64,000 nt of DNA from the human T2T-CHM13v2.0 reference genome, Homo sapiens, in NCBI RefSeq assembly GCF_009914755.1, contig NC_060947.1, one strand, 5' to 3'. Position numbers and translations under genes: made by a program. The notes beneath the pieces were generated by a model. It made no database searches. It had not been told where the DNA came from and saw only the letters and a list, made by a program, of their open reading frames with translations. Positions within the stretch are counted from its first letter, which is position 1, and each line of letters begins with the position of its first letter. Positions 57,501 to 64,000 of this stretch are shown here, piece by piece.

Positions 57501-59438
57501 TCACAAAAATAGGAAAAAAAAACCCTAAAATTTATATGGAACTACAAAAGACACAGAATAGCAAAGGCTGCCCTGAGCAAAAAGAAGAAAACTGGAGGTA
57601 TCACATTACCTGACTTCAAATTATACTACAGAGATATAGTAAACCAAACAGTATGGTATTTGCCAAAAAAAAAAGACACACAGACCAATGGAACAGAATT
57701 GAGAACCCAGAAACAAATCTGCACACCAAAGTGCACTCATTTTTCACAAACGTGCAAAGAACATACATTGTCTCTTCAATAAATGGTGTTGGGAAAAGTG
57801 AATATCCATATGCAGAAGAATGAAACTAGATTCCTTTCTCTCATTGTATGCAAAAATCAAACCAAAATGGATTAAAGACTTAAATCTAAGACCTCAAACT
57901 ATGAAACTACAAGAAGAAAACATTGAGGAATCTCTCTAGGACATTGTTCTGGGCAAAAATTTCTTGAATCAAACCCCACAAGCACAGGTAACCAAAGCAA
58001 AAATTGACAAATGGGATCACATCAAGTTAAAAAGCTTCTGCACAGCAAAGGAAACAATTGACAAAGTGAAGAGACAACACATGGGATGGGAGAAAATATT
58101 TGCAAATACCCTTCTGACAAGAGATTAATAACTAGGGTGTGTATAGAGTAATACAAGGAAAAAAGCTAACAATCCAATTTAAAAACAGGCAAAAATCTGA
58201 ATAGACATTTCTCAATAGAAGACATACAAAAGGCGAACAGGCCTATGAAAAGATGCTCAACATCATTGATCATCAGAGAAATGCAAATCAAAACTACAAT
58301 GAAATGTTATCTCTTTCAGTTAATATGGTGTATATCCAAAAGACAGGCAATAACAAATGCTGGCGAGGATGTGGAGAAAAGAGAACCCTCGACACTGTTG
58401 GTGGGAATGTAAATTAGTAAAATCACTGTGGAGAACAGTTTGGAATTTCCTTTAAAAAACTAAAAATAGAGCTACCATATGATCCAGCAATTCCACTGCT
58501 GAGTATATACCCAAAAGAAAGGAAGTGAGTATATCGAAGAGATATCTGCACTCCCACATTTGTTGCAGCACTGTTCACAATAGCTATGATTTGGAAGCAA
58601 ACTAAGTGTCCAAGGGATGAATGCATAAAGAAAATGTTCTTATACTCAATGGAGTACTATTCAGCCACAAAAAAGGAATGAGATCCTGTCATTTGCATGA
58701 ATGGAAATGAGGTTTATTATGCTAAATGAAATAAGCCAGGCACAGAAAGACAAACATAACTTGTTCTCACTTATTTTTGGTATCTAAAAATCAAATCAAT
58801 TGAACTAATAGACATACAAAGTAGAAGAATGGTTACTAGAAGGTGGGAAGGGTAGTAGGGGATGAGGAGGAGGTGGGGATGATTAATGGGTCCAAAAAAA
58901 TATATTTAAAGTGAATAAATAAGACCTAGTATTTGATAACACAACAGGATGTGTGTAGTCAAAATACTTTAATTGTATATTTTTAAACAACAAAAAGTAT
59001 AATTGTATTGTTTGTAACACAAAGGATAAATGTTTTGGGGGATGGATACCACATTTTCTATGAAGTTTTTATTATGCATTGCATGCCTGTATGAAAATAT
59101 CTCATGTACCCCATAAATACATGTACCTACTATGTACCCAGAGAAATTAAAAATTAAAAAATTTTAAAGATAGTTCAGATTGTTGGATCCACAGCTAATG
59201 CTGCTGATACCATAAACCAGGATGTTAGGGGCACAGGGTTTCTTAGTAGGCGCAAGGCCAAAGCTAGCTCAAGCAAATGTTGGAGCCTTGCTGCAAACAG
59301 TAACACTGAAAAAAGAGCTGTTGGCTTTAGCTGTGGTGGTGCTCCAGGAGTTAATGCTCTTCATGGTTGACGTAGAGTTGTGTTAGCTATGCAAAACACT
59401 ATGATACTGAAGGCAAGACCAGATATTGATAGTTGTAG

Positions 59439-59854
<416 letters not shown>

Positions 59855-61255
59855 TGATCATTGACTCTTGCATCTGGTAATGCCAGCCTTACTAGATTAG
59901 AGAATAGATGAGATGTGTTATCTTCCTCTGAAAATTTCATGTGTGTGCCTGGGAGAGGATTAATGGCTTGTAGGCAGCCAGGTCTTCCCAATACCTTCTG
60001 GTGGCTCTTTACCATACTCTGGATATGATTTGCCTGCACATCAGTGATTCTGGAAAGCAGTACAGCATCTTTCAAGTTTCCCTTCACCATAAGTAGTGGG
60101 ACATTCGAACTCTCTAAATAGCTCCATAGAGCCTATTGAGTGAGCTGTCCTGTGCAGCAAAGTCCACAGTGTTGCGTACTATTGTGTGCTACTACTCCCT
60201 TGGAATATGGTTCTCTTGAGATTGTAAAATCCTTTACTGAATATGTCCCTGGCAACTTGGGAATGATACCCTACTTCAGGCATCATTTCTCTTGAGTTTA
60301 CCAATGGTTAGAAAGGTGATGGAGTCCACATAATAGAAATGAAAGAAAGAAGATTAAAGTGCTTTGCAAACTCTAAACTAAAAAAAACACAAATAATTCA
60401 ATTAAAATGTAGGGGAAGGATATGAATAGACATTTTCAAAAGAAGACATACAAATGATCAACAAAAGTGAAAAAATGCTCAACATCACTAATCACCAGGG
60501 AAATGCAAATTAAAACCACAGTGAAATATCATTTTACACCAGTCAGAATGGCTATTATTAAAAAATTTAAAAATAACAGATGTTGGCAATTATGTGAAGA
60601 AAAGGTGCTTATACACTATTAGTGGGAATGTAAATTATTAGTACAAACTTTATGGAAAAACAGTATGGAGGCTTATTAAAGAACTGAAAATAGAACTGCC
60701 ATTCAATCTAGCAATCCCACTACTGGGTATGAACCCAAAGAAAAGAAGTCATTATATCAAAAAGATGCATACACTCATGTGTCTATCACAGTACTATTCA
60801 GAAAGATACTTGCACTCATATGTTTATCACAGTACTGTTCACAATAGCAAAGACATGAAATCAACCTAAATGTCCATGACTGGGTAAAGAAAATGTGGAA
60901 TACTATTCAGCAATTAAAAATAATGCAATCATGTCTTTTGCAGCAACTTGGGTGCAACTGGAGGCCACGATCTCAAGTGAAACAACTCAGAAACATAAAG
61001 TTAAATACCACATATTCTCACATATAAGTGAGAGCTAAATAATAATACACATACATATAGAATGGGAAATAATAGACATTGAAGACTTGAAAGAATGGGA
61101 GGGGGTGGATGATGAGAAACTACTTAATGGTGACAATGTATGTTATTCAGGTGACGGATACAACTAAAAGTCAAGCCTTCACCACTATGTAATATCTCCA
61201 TATAATAAAATTGCACTTTACTTGTACCTCTTAAATTTATACAAAGAAAGAAAAA

Positions 61256-62628
61256 CTGGTGAACAAGAGACTAAGGACTTATGGTACAGCATCAAAGTAA
61301 ATAATATATGCATTATAGGAATCCCCAAAGGAGAAGAGAGGGAGAAAAGGAGACGCTTGAGAAAAATAATGCTTGAAAATTTCACAAATTGAAGAAAAGA
61401 CATGGATCTACAAATGCAAGATGCTCAATGAACTTCAAATAGGATATAACTAAAGAGTCCTACACTAAGACTCATCATAATCAAACTATTGGAAGCCAAA
61501 AACATGGACACTAAGACACATTTTTTCTTTTTTTTATTTATTATTATTATACTTTAAGTTTTAGGGTACATGTGCACAATGTGCAAGTACAAAGACACAT
61601 TATAATCAAACTATTGGAAGCCAAAAACATGGAAAGAATCTTGGAAGCATAAAAAAAAAAGTACCTCATAATGATCAAGAAATTCTCAATGGGGTTGTGG
61701 ATTTCCCAACAGAAATATTGCAAGTCAAAAGGCTGATATATTTAAGGACCTGAAAAAACAACAACAACAACAACAACAAAAACTTGCCAACTAAAAATTC
61801 TACATCTTGCAAAACTGTCTTTCAAAAATAAAGGAGAAATTAAGACATTCCCCAAAAAACAAAAGCTGGGAGAGCTCATTACCACTACAGTTTCCTTACA
61901 GGGAATGCTAAAGGGAATTCTTCAGGTTGAAATGAAAAGATTATAGGCAGGAACTGAAAGCCACAAAAAGTATAAAGCCTGTTAGTAAAAGTAAATACGT
62001 GGAAAAATATTACAACCAGTATTAATTTAATTTTGATATGTAACTCCACTTTTCATTTTTCTATAGGATTTAACAGATAAATAATTATAATATATGTAAA
62101 TGGGTACATAATATACAGAGGTATAATCTGTAACATCAATAATGTAAAGTGGGGAAGGGCAAGGTGGAAAAGGAGTAGAATGCTTGTATGTGACTAAAAT
62201 TATGTTGGTATCAGTTTAAAATATATTATTATAACTTTAGAATGCTATACCCATTCCCACAGTAATTCCCATAGTAACCAAAAAGAAAATATCTGTAGGA
62301 TACACACAAAAGAAAATCAGAAGTAGATGCAAACTTGTCACTACAGGAAAAAAAAAGCTATCAAAATAGAAAACAATAATGGAGAAAATAAGACACCAAA
62401 AGCTATAAGACTCACAGAAAATAAATAATAAAATGGCAAAAAGAAGTCATCTCTTATTAGTAATTACTTTAAACTTAAATGAGTAAACATCCCAATCAAA
62501 GACATAGAGTGGCAGAATGAATAAATAAACAGAGTACAACTCTATTGTGTCTTTTGAGAGACTTACTTTAGATCTGAGAACATGCATAGGTTGAAAATAA
62601 AAGTATAGCAAAATATTCATATAAAAAC
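61256..62628 (+). mobile_element. Old L1M ORF1 through ORF2 start (continuation of 26638-27225)
   Basis: Decayed ORF1 and EN start 'taattactttaaacttaaatgagtaaacatcccaatcaaagacatagagtggcagaatga'. Confidence 0.65.
61521..61588 (-). mobile_element. Ultra-short L1PA 3' end insertion
   Basis: T-tail plus 'tatactttaagttttagggtacatgtgcacaatgtgca'; TSD aagacacatt. Confidence 0.8.
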
Positions 62629-64000
62629 CAGACAAGATAAAGAAATAAAGGGATCCAAATTGGAAAGGAACAAGTGAAATTAATATGGTGTGCAGAAGAT
62701 ATGATCATATATTTAGAAAAACCTAATGACTCCTCACAAAAAAACTATTAGAAGTGATAAACAAATTCAATGAGTTGCAGGACACAAAATCAACATACAA
62801 GAATCAGTAGCATTTCTATATGCCAACAGTGAAGAATCTACAAAAGAAATAAAAAAGTAATTCTATTGACAATAACCAAACAAAAAAATTAAATACCTAG
62901 AAATTAACCAAAGAAATGAAAGACCTCTATAGTGAAAACTATAAAACATTGATGAAAAAATTGAAGAGGACCCCAAAAAATGGAAAAATAGTTCATGTCC
63001 ACAGATTGGAAGAATCAGTGTTGTTAAAATGTCCATATTAGCCAAAGCAATCTACAGATTCAATGCAATTTCTATCAAAATATCAGTTACACTTTTCACA
63101 GAAATAGAAAAAAAATTCTAAAATTTACGTGAAACCACAAAAAAAAAAGAAAAACAGAACAACCAAAGCTATCCTAAGCAAAAATAACGAAACTGGAGGA
63201 ATCATATTACTTGACTTGACATTATACTATAGAGCTATAGTAACCAAAACAGCATGTTACTGGCATAAAAATAGGCACATAGACCAATGCAACAGAATTG
63301 AGAACACAGAAACAAATCCACACACCTACAGAGAGCTGATTTTTGACAAAGGTGCCAAGAATACATTGGAGAAAAGACAGTCTCTTTAATAAATGGTGCC
63401 GGGGAAATTGGAGGTCCATATGCAGAAGGATGAAACTATACCTCTATCTCTCACCATACACAAACTTCAAATCAAAATGAATTAAAGACTTAAATCAGAG
63501 ACCTCAAACTATGAAACTACTACAAGAAAACATTGGGCGAAATCTCCAAAACATTGGTGTGGGGAAAAAGTTTCTTGAGCAATACCTGACAAGCACAGGC
63601 AACTAAAGCAAAAATGGACAAATGAGATCATATCAAGTTGAAAATCTGCACAGCAAAGGATACAACCAACAAAGTGAAGATACAACCCACAGAATGGGAG
63701 AAAATATTTGCAAACTACTTATCTGTCAAGTGATTGATAACCAGAATATATAAGGAGCTCAAACAACTCTATAAGAAAAAATCTAATAATCTGATCAAAA
63801 AATGGACAAAAAATCTGAATAGACATTTCTTGAAAGAAGACATACAAATGTCAAGCAGGCATATGAAGAGATGCTCAACATTATTCATCATCAGGGAAAT
63901 TCAAATCAAAACTACAATAAGACAGCATCTAATCCACGTTAAAATGACTTATATCCAAAAGACAGGCAAAAACAATTGCTGGTGAGGTTGTGGAGAAAAG
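62629..64000 (+). mobile_element. L1MA2/3-like ORF2 3' half, runs off the window
   Basis: ORF2 remnants ([24 protein letters not shown]). Confidence 0.85.

Overview
Primate (human-like) intergenic DNA with no intact protein-coding or RNA gene. Bases 1-11 kb are old sequence (MIR, L2, MLT1 remnants) holding a decayed processed pseudogene of BMI1 on the minus strand (~6.1-9.2 kb). From recall this matches BMI1P1 at Xq12, which fits the extreme L1 density, but the location is not verified. Bases 11-64 kb are almost entirely transposon debris: L1s from L1MD age to L1PA2 age, Alus, an ERVL pol remnant, a Tigger3 MITE and a MER11 solo LTR. From ~21.5 kb they form a nest up to six levels deep, readable from target-site duplications (TSDs). 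The recognisable ORF-track proteins are broken L1, ERVL or Alu pieces. I found no credible new gene system. The best leads are mechanistic fossils: two inverted L1 pairs sharing private variants (possible gene conversion), a possibly spliced L1 5'UTR, a possible ancient L1 3' transduction, a 37-bp palindromic GATA-rich VNTR, and a 129-bp templated copy of the BMI1 retrocopy. Subfamily labels and consensus comparisons are from memory and approximate.
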